Below, piece by piece: positions 1 through 11,847 of a stretch of 64,000 bases of DNA. Every line of letters begins with the position of its first letter. Position 1 is the stretch's first letter. The DNA is from Lama guanicoe (Eukaryota), in NCBI GenBank assembly GCA_013239625.1, contig MU053561.1, forward strand, positions 746,826 to 810,825, read 5' to 3'. Under the pieces are notes generated by a model. That model did not search any database. It was not told where the DNA came from and saw only the letters and a list, made by a program, of their open reading frames with translations. A program made the translations under genes and the position numbers.

Positions 1-1120
1 TGTATTAGAGTGAACAATTTAGAAAATTTTGAGGCAGACATTCCCATATGCTGTGTAGGGTTCTGCTTCTCAACAACAGAGGGCGTTACTATTATTGTTA
101 GCATATAACCATATAAGCTCTAAATAGACAACAGGAAAAAGGAAGTAGTTGTTCTAGGCCAGGACTCCACAGTTGCTTTACTGATGAGTGCTAACTGCAG
201 TAATAAAATGTTGTCTATTTAAAGATAAACTGTTAACCATTCTCTTTGAGTTTGTGTCCTGCTACCCAGCAGGCTCCTAGTCTAAGTTTATTTGATAAAA
301 TGCAACCCAGATTTCGTGAACTAGTGTCCAAATCTGCAGCTCAACTTGTCATCTGTCACAGAAAAACAAGGCTACAGAAGGTGATAACAGTGACTGAAAT
401 GAATCAGTGCCGTGGAAATGTGCACTCAAGTTATTCATTTTCCAAAAGCTAATAGTGAATTAGTAACTGAAAGAAGGTGTGGAACACGAAGTTCCTGCCT
501 AGTTAGTGTGTGATAATTCTCTGATGACATAAGAAATAGCAGATTTCACGGTTCTCTGGGGAGACTAGGAGAACACAGTTTAAGGAAACCACACAGAAAC
601 ATCTAGCAATCAACACAGCTCCTTAAAAGGACATACTATTATTCATGCACCATGGTCATATGAGGTTAGGAATTAGGTACATCTCAGAAAGCCATTCCTA
701 GTAATTGCAGGAGGATTTCAGACAAGTAGATCCTTAAGTCCAATTTCCACCATCCCTGAATAGATGCAGCCCCCAAGTTATCTACAAAACATTGAGAACT
801 TTAATTATACAGGTAACAAGCAGGTCAAATACCACTGGGTTGTGGCTCAGCTTGATCCATGTAGATGTAGCCTATTTCAAAACGTAGGCTCCTGATTAAA
901 GAGCCCAGTTATGTACTTTTAATGTATATATTTTTTTTAGGATGGTGATGTCTTGACTATTGTATTCACTTGGATTTTTATGTGGTCTGGTGGTGGAATA
1001 CCACTGAAACCTCAGGAAACCTGCACTGATAAGTGATGGAGGTACCCCATATCAAAAACCTAGGCAAAAATTGGACGGTCTCTTTAAGGGTTAATGCCTT
1101 TTCAATATTAGTTGCACTGA

Positions 1121-1163
1121 AGAGAGAGAGAGAGATGGGGAGAGATGGAGGGAGAGACAGAGA
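1121..1163. repeat. (GA)n-rich simple repeat
   Basis: agagagagagagagatggggagagatggagggagagacagaga. Confidence 0.8.
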
Positions 1164-2223
1164 TGTCCTCTAATGCTCATGCCAGTTCTTAGAGTGATGT
1201 GTTTCAAGGTAACATGTGCCAAATCTGTGCTCTTCTCAGTAACCTGTCTTAGGCACTGTCTCATGGATACTATGGAATTGGGAGCCGCTCACATCCTATT
1301 GTACTCTGTGGTACACATAGAGGCAGGGTCATGTGTGGCTGGGAAATCTCCACCTGCCCAGTTGCTCGTACAATTGGAGATAAGCCTTCTGGCTAACATC
1401 TAGCTGGTCATTCTACCTGATTCTTCTTTGGAAACCAGAAGAAAAATCTGCCCAGTTGCTCACATTGTATCTGGATCCTTCTGACTAAAAGTCCAAAGGC
1501 ACAGACCTCTTTGGACACAGACTGTTGCCTTGAGCACATTCAACCAGAGTGAGGGCTGAACTGTCCTCCCCAGAGAGTGCTGAACGCTGGTGGTTTGGGC
1601 TGTGCAAGAGCTCCGTTTCCATACTGGTGCTGGAAATTCTTGTCTTGTGCTACAATCTATAGAGATATAGAGCTTAGGTGAAAAGACAAAAAAGTGGGGG
1701 GGGGAGTGAGAGTGTGTGTGTATGCATGTGTGTGTGTTTCCAAAAGTCAGAGTGAGAGATTGGGAAGAGAGAGTAAAGGCTTAGATTTATCTAGGAAATT
1801 CTGCTGTGTAAATCATAGTATAGCCTAGCAATGTAGAGTTCTCACTATATAATTGGGTCTCTGTTGGCTCTAAGACTGGAGAACTAACTAGCAATGAAGT
1901 ATTTATCTTTCTTCAATATCATCATTCATAGCAGCCAAATATCAATAACCTTATCTTCTAAAATGAGAATTATAATATCTTCCTTGCAGGGATGTTTGGT
2001 GGATTAAACTCTGTAAGACACACGAATGGTGAAATACTCCATAGGTACAATGTGAGTGTTATGTGATCTAAAACATGTCATCAGAAAATATTCTGTTTTT
2101 GTGAAGACCTATATTATAATCATGGAAGGGGTAAGTGACAACATGTGTGTTTCCTATAGATGACAAAATGTCTAATGTGAAAATTCAAATGCCTCTGGAA
2201 TTGAAATTTTCAAGTGCACACGT

Positions 2224-2325
2224 GTATATATAAGAATAACATAATTTAATTATAATATAATATTTAATTGTATTATATATCATAAAATATTTATGTTAAT
2301 GTAATTATATATATATATAATTTAA
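2224..2325. repeat. AT-rich low-complexity/(TA)n tract
   Basis: Almost purely A/T, includes tatatatatatata. Confidence 0.8.
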
Positions 2326-3439
2326 TTTTTTTCCTAACAGGTCCAAGATCTTAAAGATCACGACTACTGCAGATATCTTTCTATAGGGCCCCTGAAATGA
2401 GTATTTCTAAATGAACTGTATATAATAAGTTGCTAATTTCTTCCCTTCAGTGTTATTTTCCTAATGACACCCACCATGATTTGATCATCGTTCAAGCGTA
2501 TCTTTGATGAGTCTATCTCAATGTTCAAATAATTCAAGTACTAGCCACAATTTATGAAGGAAAACTTGTTAGGCATGGACTTAACTTTCTTTGCCGTATT
2601 TTAGTCCTGTGAAACAATTCTGGTCAACGACCTCCCTGCAACCCTCATAATCACAATTTCTCTGCCTCTCTGGAGCAAGGTCCTGTGAGCAAAGTATTCC
2701 TGACATTATTCCCATCAGAATGGCAAATGGTGGTTGCATCAAAAAGGCTTTTCGGAAAGGCAAATCCCAAGCACTGAATGTAGACAACCCAAGAGAGGAA
2801 TTTCCTTGACTCAGAAGGACTGGGTGGGCTGTGCTACCCAACACGTTTTCCACTGCCAGCGGCAACAGGTCCAGGAAAGCATCCCACTGTTAGATGACAT
2901 TGCACATCTTTTTCATTGCAGCTCATGAAGACAGGATCATTTTTCTGCTTTGCTTTTCACACTTTGTATATTTAACGTTTTGGCCTTCTGCCCATGCTAT
3001 CTCACTATCATCATTATCAAGACTTTTGATAATTCTCCTTCCCATTATCATCATATTTATTATGCATCTATTTTTATTCTGCCAGACTGACCACAGAGCG
3101 GGTGGAGCTCATGGCCTTCCATACTAGCTGGCCTCCCACCAGATAGCCACCAAGCCATTGAGCAACTATTAGAAAGTAACATAGTTCAGTCGCTGGCAGA
3201 TTTAGAGAGATAAAAATTGGAGTCCAGAGGATGAGCCCCATAATGCAAAGGTGAGACAAAAGATGTGGTTAAAAAAATGAGTACTGTGCCCAAATGTACC
3301 TAACTTGTAAAGCCCTGGGCAAGTGTGCACTCCTCTGAGAAGCTCACCCTTAGAACTTGCTCCACAAAAACCACACTTTTTTTTCAACCTCCTGAAATCT
3401 CTACCTTTCATGCATATCTTATTTTCTACTTCCATATTT

Positions 3440-3830
3440 CCTACTCTCTGAGCTCACTGAAGGACAGGTCTCATAACATTGAATCACATTCAACACCTAG
3501 CATGAAGCGTTCAGTAAACATCTGCTGAATGAGAAAGCAAACCAACATCTGTCAAGAAAAATGTGTAGATCCATTAAAAACAAATAAATGAATAACCTAA
3601 TTACCTCTCCCCAAAATACAAAAATAAATAAACAAATAAATTTAAAAAAAAGAAAAGAAAAATGTGCTGAGCACCATGGCACTGTGCAAAGCACTGAATA
3701 TATCAATGAACAAGGCAGCTGAGATCCCCGCCCTCAGGGAGTTCACAGTCTATTGGGGAAGGAAGATCAAGAACTCAACAGGCGACTGCTATAACATGAT
3801 GTGTACTTTGATGTGATGAAATGACTGTGG
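3440..3830. mobile_element. L2 fragments (3' end on +, followed by a - fragment) flanking a SINE tail
   Basis: L2-type terminus ...cctagcatgaagcgttcagtaaacatctgctgaatga and antisense L2 motif tgaacaaggcag...ccctcagggagttcacagtcta. Confidence 0.6.
3566..3654 (+). mobile_element. 5'-truncated camelid tRNA-derived SINE (Vic-1-like), tail only
   Basis: tccattaaaaa...aacctaattacctctcccc plus A-rich tail as in other copies; 12-bp TSD aagaaaaatgtg at 3554-3565 and 3655-3666. Confidence 0.8.
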
Positions 3831-3999
3831 AACAGAAGAAAAATCATGCATAAAGCCCTGCCAAGTCCCTTTGGATTCAAGATTACATTTCCCTTCCTCC
3901 ATTTAAAGCAAGAATGGCAAATTCAAATGTTTGCAGGAGCCAGGCAGGTAACATCAATAAGACAACATAGTGGGGACTGTAGTGAGACCACATGCCATC

Positions 4000-4190
4000 T
4001 CCAGGGTGCGGGAGCTACTCAGCTCCAGGCCATTGTAGTCACACAGGCCTGAATGCTGGCCCTGTGTCACCATATCTCATTATTTTCCCTAAGAAGCAAG
4101 CAATTTTTACATGAATTTCTCCAAATTTTTAAATGTTGACAACTACTTTTCTATCTTGGTGGCTCAGATCTACCAGTTTGCACCTCTGAT
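4000..4190. mobile_element. Old hAT-Charlie MITE relic (MER102/MER103-like)
   Basis: gctactcagctccaggccattgt...tttttaaatgttgacaact resembles this family and the copy at 33205-33540. Confidence 0.45.
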
Positions 4191-6139
4191 TTGGAGCATC
4201 CATTGAAGGGGCACCTCTTAGGAGGACCCTGGGTGCCATGCCTCCCATGCCTGGATCCCAGAGCCCAAGCTACCATCTCTCCATCTCTCAGCCCCCTCTC
4301 CTCTGTCCATCTCCCTTTCATACCCTATTCTGGTTAAGTGTCAAAACTGGTTGGGGAAGAGTTGACACCTATAGCTCACAGGAAAATGGGTTAATCTTTG
4401 AGAAAAGTCAGAGGTACAGGGCCCCTGGGAGGTGGGGATGTAAGTAGGGTGGAAGAGACCAGCAGGGCACTCTCTTGAGTTTTGCATGATGGGCAATGCT
4501 TTCCTTTAAAGAGCATTCACCAAAGTCAGATTAACAAGTCAACACTGAAACTGTATCCAAACAAGCCTCCCTAATTGTGGGGAGCAAGCAGAGAAGGGGC
4601 CAGAGGAAAGAGACCAGTGGACGAGACCGACTCTAAAGCCTTCCCCTCTCCGTCCCCTGGCAGGCTTGGGGCATATTTGATAAGGTGAAGGGAAATTGCA
4701 AAATTAGAACTGGCAACGTCTACAGAGAGGCCCGATGCAAGGCTGTGGGCCTGAGGCGGGCTGAGAAAGTTGAGGAATTGTGGGGGAAAGAGGATTTGGC
4801 AGCCTGACTTCCTGTGGCTGTATCCAAGGCTAATTAGTTTGCAGTGTTCTGTATGTGCCTGAATGGAAATGATCCCAGTCTTGAGAGGCGCGGGGGTGAG
4901 GAAATCAAAACCACATGCACCAAGAAAGAAACGGGAAGGGATTGGTGGGAGAGGAAGGCGAAGGGGGAAACCTGTCCTTTCGGCTACATTTGCTTTTTTT
5001 CAGGAGAGGGCTCTCATCATTCTGTTTCATGACCAGTAAATCACCACCACGGCCCTGTCTATCACGTCTCCCATCTGCTGCAGAACTCATTAAACATCAA
5101 AAGACGGCCTATCAGTTCTGCTTAGTTAGAAATCTGACTTACTAGAGGTCTAACCAGGGAGGAGTTTGCATGTTTTTAATAATAGCTTAAGGAACTTCTT
5201 AACACCCCATAAATTACTTAATGCAACAAACTCTTCCTGGAGTCCAGCCGCACTTGAAAGTTGCTGAACCAACCCAGACCAACCCCATGGCCAATGGCTT
5301 TTTGGTGGACACATTCCAGAAGACAGTAGAGTTAACGCTTAATTCATAATTCTGAGCTGGCTATTAAAAAACCAGTTACCTTGCTGCGTATGGACTCCCT
5401 GGAATGCGCAACTCAGAATTCCTTCGTCTTTGTATTTGTGACTCACTGTCTAAAAAGGTAACTTAGCTGGGCTCCTATATGTCCATGCTGTGGAGTCACA
5501 TTGCCAGACACCTCACACCCACAGGAAACGGGCAAGTTGAGAGATGGATTAATAACCATGGGCAATAAAACCAGGACCCTGCCCCAACCTTGAGGGTACA
5601 TGCTTGGCAGATATTTAAATCAATGAATATTTATTGAGTGCCTACTCCGGGCTAGATCTAAGACAGGCAGAAATGAATTCAGACACTGACTCCCCTGAAA
5701 GAGTCCACAGTGTTACAGGCACGCACAAACATCTTGGGGTTTAAAAAAAAAACAAAAAACAAAAAAAATAGGAGGATGACGTTTCCTCCACCAACACCCT
5801 TGAGACATTCCTTGGTGTTGGGTGCATTTTGCCATTACTGCCTGATGCCACGTGGCCTTTGAACTCAGCCCTGTGAGGGACGCAGCCTACGGAACACAAC
5901 GGTGTCTGCTCAAGAGAAACTTCAAAGAGGTGTAACTCTGGGAATCATGTCTTCTCTAAGAAAATACAGGGTCAGGAACCAAGCCCTTGTCTCCTGACTT
6001 CTTTTATTTTCTACTCACTTGACGAACACAAAGGAAAGTTCTAAGCACATGTCCAAGCATTATTCCCTCTCCAGAGCGGTCTATCTAGCATGAGGCTAAT
6101 ATTGAAACAAAAATCAAGAGGGGTGAACATCATGCTACT

Positions 6140-6440
6140 ATTTTATTGTTTATAGCATGCCTGCATTGTGCCACGATCTGAACCAGGCTGGCAAAGCTGG
6201 TCAGAACACAGTCCCTCACCTCAGAGAACCCCTCTGCCTATTGTGAGACAAATCCCACTCTGCTAAGAGAAATGATCTAAGTATGGAGAGGATTTTACAG
6301 TAACCGGAGAAGGTGCTCAACTCCGACCTGTGTGCGAACAGGAAAGGCCTTCCTGGCAAAGATGATGCCTGTGCTGAGTCTTAAAAGAACCAACTTGCCT
6401 GAGGTAGGGGACTAGAACATTCTAGCAACAGTGGTGTGGC
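6140..6440 (-). mobile_element. L2 fragment
   Basis: Antisense L2 motifs (cagtccctcacctcagag, aggaaaggccttcctgg...tgagtcttaaaagaa). Confidence 0.55.
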
Positions 6441-6595
6441 TGTTTGCAATGATCTGTCTCCCAGAGCCTCAGATGATTTTATTATCAGTATTTTTATCAG
6501 ACAATTAATGAGCAATGTGCAGAAAACTGTGGTAGGTACCCTAGATTCAAAGATGGTCTCTATTCCTAAGTGACACACAATTTAGGAGTGATTAA

Positions 6596-6762
6596 TGGAT
6601 GAATAGATAGCTAGATAAATAGAAGATAGACAGACGATAGATAGATAATAAATAGATTGATGATAGATATAGACAGACCGATGGATAGATAGATAGATAA
6701 TAGACAATAAATAGACTGATGATAGATAAATAGGTAGATATATATAGAGAGAGATAATAGAC
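6596..6762. repeat. Imperfect (GATA/TAGA)n tetranucleotide microsatellite
   Basis: Run of gatagataga/gacag units over about 165 bp. Confidence 0.95.
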
Positions 6763-6899
6763 ATGATGGCAGTATCTAGTCTGTCTCTGTGAGAGTCTTC
6801 CCCCAGCTTGCCCCTTACCCTGCATTTGACAATGTCAGCATTTGCTCAGGGTCACTGCAGTGACTTTTCTACCATCCCTTCTCTTCTCCCTGATGCCAA

Positions 6900-7170
6900 G
6901 TCCCATGATGTTTAAATCTAGACCCTGCTTAATGCTCCTCCTCCAGGAAGCCTTCCTTGACTACACCAGCTAGGTTAGAGGCCCATCTGAACTTCCATTG
7001 CACAATCACCACAGGGTCCTGAATCTCTCAGTGTCTCTGTCTCTCCTACTAGACTGTGGGCCTCTTGAGGGCAAGGACCACGTTCTTATAGTCCCAGTAC
7101 TTTCCACAGTGACTGGCAAAGAGTAGGGACTTGAAGTTTGCTGAATGACTAAATGAATACATGAATAAGT
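6900..7170 (+). mobile_element. L2 3' end
   Basis: ctcctccaggaagccttccttgac...ctagactgtgggcctcttgagggcaaggacc...ttgctgaatgactaaatgaat. Confidence 0.8.
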
Positions 7171-7334
7171 TTGTGTGCACAGAAGAAGAATTTCATCAGT
7201 CCCTCCAGACAATGACTGTGCCTTCTACACAAATTGTCTAGTTCCTGGAGTCTACAGGACACCTTTTTTTTTTTTTAATCTAAAAGCTCTTCTCTTCAGA
7301 AATAGGCTAAGTTTCAAAACACAATTTTGTCCTT

Positions 7335-7705
7335 TTGATATGTCAACTTGGCTAGGCTACGGTACCTACTGATTCAATCACACACTAATCTAGGTGTTGC
7401 TGAGAAGCTATTTTTTTAGGTGCAATTAAAGTCCATAACAAGTGGATTTTTAAATAAGGGAGATTATTTTAGATAATCTGGGTGGGCCTGATTCAATCGG
7501 TTGAAAGGCCTTAAAAGCAGAGCTGAGGCTTCTCTGAAGAAGAAATTCTGCCCCTGGACAACAGCTTCAGCTTGGCCACTACCCCTCCTGACAGCCTGCC
7601 CCATGGACTTGGGACTTGCCTAACCAGCCCTCACAATCACGTAAGCCAAATTCTGGCAATAAATCTCTGAATACAGATGTCCTACTCGAATCCTGACTGA
7701 TATAC
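7335..7705 (+). mobile_element. MLT2-type ERVL LTR (MLT2D-like)
   Basis: tatgtcaacttggctaggcta...ctaggtgttgct...gataatctgggtgggcctgattcaatc...aataaa...cctgactgata. Confidence 0.85.
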
Positions 7706-8033
7706 TATAAATTCAGAACGTCCAAAAGCATTTGAGCTCGAAGTTCCCCAATGTATTTTCAGTAAATACGAACATGTCGGGCTTTCACAGCTTTAAATCA
7801 TTCTTGCTGATACAAGAATGTATCAGCACTCCTCTCCTTCTTGCTGATAAACTCTATCATGTGTCTTTTCCAAACGTGGACCTTTTTGATCTACCTTAAA
7901 TCCACTGATCTAACCTCTTTTCAATAATTTCTGCAGGTGTAGTGAGAAACAGACAGCCTTGACATCAGACCGGTCTGCTTTCCTACCCTGACATAGTACC
8001 AGATTTGAACTAGCGGCTTTAAGACTATAGAAC

Positions 8034-8888
8034 TGTCCATGACTCTTTTGAGTTTTCAGACCCAGTCACAACCTGTACATGTGGAGGGTCCTCTACACCA
8101 ACAAGCAATTCTGAGATGCCAGCAAGGTGTCCAAGAATTCAACTCAATCCTGACACTCCCCACCCAGAGGTAAAATCAGATTCCACAGGTACAGAGCTCA
8201 ATCCTACAAGACTGTCCTCCATGTCAGATGCCAGTCACAAGTCCAGGTTATTACCTGTACTTATGACCCAGCCGCTATAAATCAGAAGTTCCTATGACTT
8301 CCTTCTCAGGTTCAATTAATTTGCTGGAGTGGCTCACAGAACTCAGAGAAACATTTTACTTACTGGATCAGCAGTATATTATAAAAGGATATGGTGAAGG
8401 ATACCAAGAAACATGCGGATGGAAGAGATACATAGGGTAAAGCATGGGGAAAAGGGCATAGAGCTTCCATGGTCTCTCTGAGCACCACTCTCCCCAAATC
8501 GCCATGTGTTCACTGACCCAGAAGCTCCCTGAACCCCATCCTTTTGGGTTTTTATGAAGGTTTCATTATATAGGCGTGATTGATTAAATTATTGGCCACT
8601 GGCAATTAATTCAATCTCCAGCCCCTCTCCCTTCCCCAGAGGTCAGGGGGTGTGACTAAAAGTTCTAACTCTCTAATGAGATGGTTCATTCTCCTGGCAA
8701 CCAGCCCCTACCCTTGGGTGGGATCCAAAAATCCCCCTTCCCTGAGGCATTTTCAGAAACTGAGGACAAGAGACCAAATATTATGCCATTGTTCTTATCG
8801 CTTAGGAAATTCCAAGGGTTTGGGGAGCTGTGAGCCAGGAACATCCAAAGGATGAAATATGTTTTTTCCTATAAATCACAATATCACA
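8034..8888. mobile_element. MER21-like solo LTR
   Basis: aattcaactcaatcctgacact, ttaatttgctggagtggctcacagaactcag, ends tataaatcacaatatcaca; TG...CA termini. Confidence 0.8.
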
Positions 8889-9472
8889 ATGACTTACTCC
8901 AGAAGTTTAAGTAGCAGAACTTTTACCATGAGTAGTTCCAAGTTCTGGAAAAACACCCGCAGCCTTCGCCAGAATTAAAAACAACCTAATTGACACTGCT
9001 TGATTTTGGCTGGCTGGATGATAATGGAAGGAAACAAAGAACTTGGATGGCTGGTGGTATAGATAAAGCATGCACCAAGTATTTGGAGCTCTCTAGCTAC
9101 ACACGATAAGTTTTCCATTTCATCCATCTCTGCATCTCTTGCTTTATTATTGTCAATTGCAAAGGCAAAACCCTTTTCTCAGGCTTCATGATTCACTATG
9201 CCCTTTGGCATTGTTTCTACTAACAATTAATTCCATATGTATGTACAACCTTCCATTTATTTTCTTACCACCTCCCATTATAAAAAAAATTATCTCTACT
9301 TTCATATTTATTTATTTTGTCATATTTATACTCCTTTCTTTCAATAGCAATGTTAATATTCTCACTCCTTTAGCACTTCTAAGGTATATGAAGTGAAAAA
9401 CTGTCTATAAAATATATCAAAATCATGCACAAAGGCAGCAACTATACTAAATACTAAAGAATAAAAGGTGAG

Positions 9473-9573
9473 GAGAGCACATGCCTAGAAAGCATTGGGT
9501 CCTGGGTTCAATTCCCAGCCCCTCCATTAAGAAGAAAATAAAATAAAAAAGAAAACATTAAAAAAAAAAAAAA
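9473..9573 (+). mobile_element. Vic-1-like SINE, 5' truncated
   Basis: agagcacatgcctag...gtcctgggttcaattcccagcccctccatta plus poly(A); B-box GGTTCAATT. Confidence 0.85.
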
Positions 9574-9620
9574 GACTAAATGGTCGGCAGAGACCTAAAT
9601 GGCAGGGCATTGGCCAATAT

Positions 9621-9636
9621 CGCCATCTGTTGGTCA
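9621..9636 (-). promoter_or_regulatory. Candidate CTCF core motif
   Basis: Reverse complement tgaccaacagatggcg is close to the CTCF core CCASYAGRKGGCR; motif match only. Confidence 0.4.
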
Positions 9637-9685
9637 TGGGTAGAGTTGGCTTCTATTTGACTTTGTTCTTGTTTATAAAGCATTA

Positions 9686-9888
9686 CAGTTGACTCTTGAA
9701 CAATGGGTGCGGATGGTGGAGGGAAGATTCCTTCACTGTCAAAAACCCACAAATAACTTCACAGTGGGCCCTCCATGTCCTGGGTTCTGCATCCACAGAT
9801 TCAACTAACCATGGTTCGTGTGGTATCTATTTACCGAAAAAAACCTAGACCCTTGCAGTTCAAACCCGCATTGTTCAAGGGTCAGCTG
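9686..9888. mobile_element. TcMar-Tigger MITE (Tigger2-derived/MER8-like)
   Basis: Terminal inverted repeats cagttgactcttgaacaa / ttgttcaagggtcagctg; TA immediately 5'. Confidence 0.85.
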
Positions 9889-10130
9889 TGACAGTTTGCA
9901 GGAGGGGGAACTTGTGTCATGATTTCACATACCCTAGAAATACCTGCTTTCTGTGAATGTTAAGGATTTTAAGGTAAGGGCCACACTGGCTACCAAGTGA
10001 TGGGAGCTGGCCCTTTCTGGAGGCCAGGGGAGCCCACATTGGGAGATGTGCATGAGCTGCTCAGTTCCCCCAGTGCAGAGGCTCTTTTCAAGTGACCTCA
10101 TGGTGACCAGGGTGAGGGCCGTGACTTAGG

Positions 10131-10336
10131 CCAGAGGTTCTCTACTCTGGTGGCACATCAGAACTTCCGGGGTATGATACAGGCTTTGGTATGGTTTTAA
10201 GGTTCCTGCAGTTGGGGGGTGGGTGTAGCTCAGTGGTAGAGCACATACTGGGGTTCAATCCCCAGTACCTCCATTAAAAAAATAAAAACAAAGTTCCCAC
10301 AGTTGATGGTGGTGTATAGTCAGGGCTGAAAACCAT
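10131..10336. mobile_element. MER5-like hAT-Charlie MITE interrupted by a SINE
   Basis: Ends cagaggttctcta...catcagaa and cagggctgaaaaccat. Confidence 0.5.
10215..10289 (+). mobile_element. Vic-1-like SINE with internal deletion
   Basis: gggtgtagctcagtggtagagcacat...gggttcaatccccagtacctccattaaaaaa; degenerate TSD aggttcctgcagtt / aagttcccacagtt. Confidence 0.85.
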
Positions 10337-11169
10337 TTACCCAAAGGCATATGGAAAAGACATAGAAGAGTTAATGTTCCCTACATTTGTCTATTTTCCT
10401 CACCCCAAAGTCCATTCTTTTCAGCCACAGTGCCATTTCCCAAATCCACTCCCAGGAGATATTAGAGACCACGAGGTTTCATGATTTTCCTGACTCATCA
10501 ACACTTTGGTGGGCAGGCTCTTGCCTAGAACTTGGCACTTGGGGTCCTAGGTGGACGCCATCAATGCCCTATGCTTCCCATGCTTTCTGAGATTTTTAAG
10601 GTAAGTCACTGATGGCTCATTGCCCTGCCCTGTTCCAGGACACTTGGGTCATCACCTTGGCCAGATCAGAGAGCAGCTACTCCTCCAGGCTGGATGTGAG
10701 AAAAAGCTGCCCCTGCCCCTCTGTGGATAGCCCAACCCTAGAGCTTTGCTAAGGTCCAAATGTTTGTGTCTCCACCAAATTCCCAACCCCCAAAGTTGAT
10801 GGAATTAGGAGCTAGGGCCTTTGGGAGTTGCTTACATCATGAGAGTGGACCCTCTTGAATGGGATTAATGCCTTATGAAAGAGACCCCCCCAGAGATACC
10901 TAGCCCCTTCCACCATGTATGGACACAGCAAGAAGGAGCAGGCTTTGAACTGGGAACAAGGCTCTCACCAGAACCTGGCCATGCTGGCACCCTGAGCTTA
11001 TCTTCCGGCCTCTAGAACTGTGAGAGATACATTATGTTCCTCACAAGTGTTTTCTGTCTGTTTCAGCCTCTTGGTAGTGATGCTATTGACTACGAATGCC
11101 TGGGGGCACTCACCTGGCCCCGGTCTATTTGTGATGGGCCCTCACAGACATTTCCCTCACCAGAACCAG

Positions 11170-11308
11170 TGTTGTGGTTGGACTGGCCCTTGTGGTTCCT
11201 ATGATTGTCAGACACAACTCAGCAACAACCAGCAGGGAACTCTGAAAACACAAAGTTCATTATTCACAAGTCCTGGAGGGTACTGAGCATGCATGGGGCC
11301 ACTGAGTC

Positions 11309-11344
<36 letters not shown>

Positions 11345-11847
11345 CAATGGACCTGCGGTTCTGCCTTTACTGGGGTCAAGGGTGGGGTGCCTAGGGTTTC
11401 ATGGGTTCGCTTTTTTTTAATTGAAGTATAGTCAATTTACAATGTTATGTTGGTCTCTGGTGGACAGCATAGAGATTCATTTATACACACACATATATGT
11501 TCTTTTTCATATTCTTTTTCATTATAGGTTACTGTAAGGTATTGAATATAGTTTACCTATTTTATGTATAGTAGTTAATATCGGCACATTACACGGGTTT
11601 ATTTTTTATTGGTGTATTTAAAGCATGGGAGTGGGAATTAGAAGGGAGAAGCAGGGTCACTTCAAGGGTCAGCTACCTGGGTTACCAGGGCTCTCTAAAA
11701 CGGGAACTTCATGGAGGAGGGGGCAGCCTCCTTACCCAGGGATTTTACCCATAGCTGTGTCATACAGCTGGGAATAAGTCTGTTAGAGATGGATGCCTTT
11801 GAAGTGCATGCCTTGGCGACTGGACGTTTAATGTCAGGCACTTAACA
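11170..11847 (-). mobile_element. ERVL-class LTR (MER54/MER74/MER88-like) nested in MLT1A
   Basis: TG...CA-bounded block whose minus strand begins tgttaagtgcctgac; internal (GA)n at 11315-11342; family from recall. Confidence 0.5.
11411..11590 (-). mobile_element. L1 3' end (lineage-specific, relatively young)
   Basis: Poly(T)-aattgaagtatagtcaatttacaatgtt...; same 3' UTR as the copies at 15768-16280 and 59715-59952. Confidence 0.85.

Noticed and set aside
2581..3060. Possible minus-strand processed pseudogene
   Set aside because: The frames I translated gave no recognisable protein, and I saw no poly(A) or TSD.
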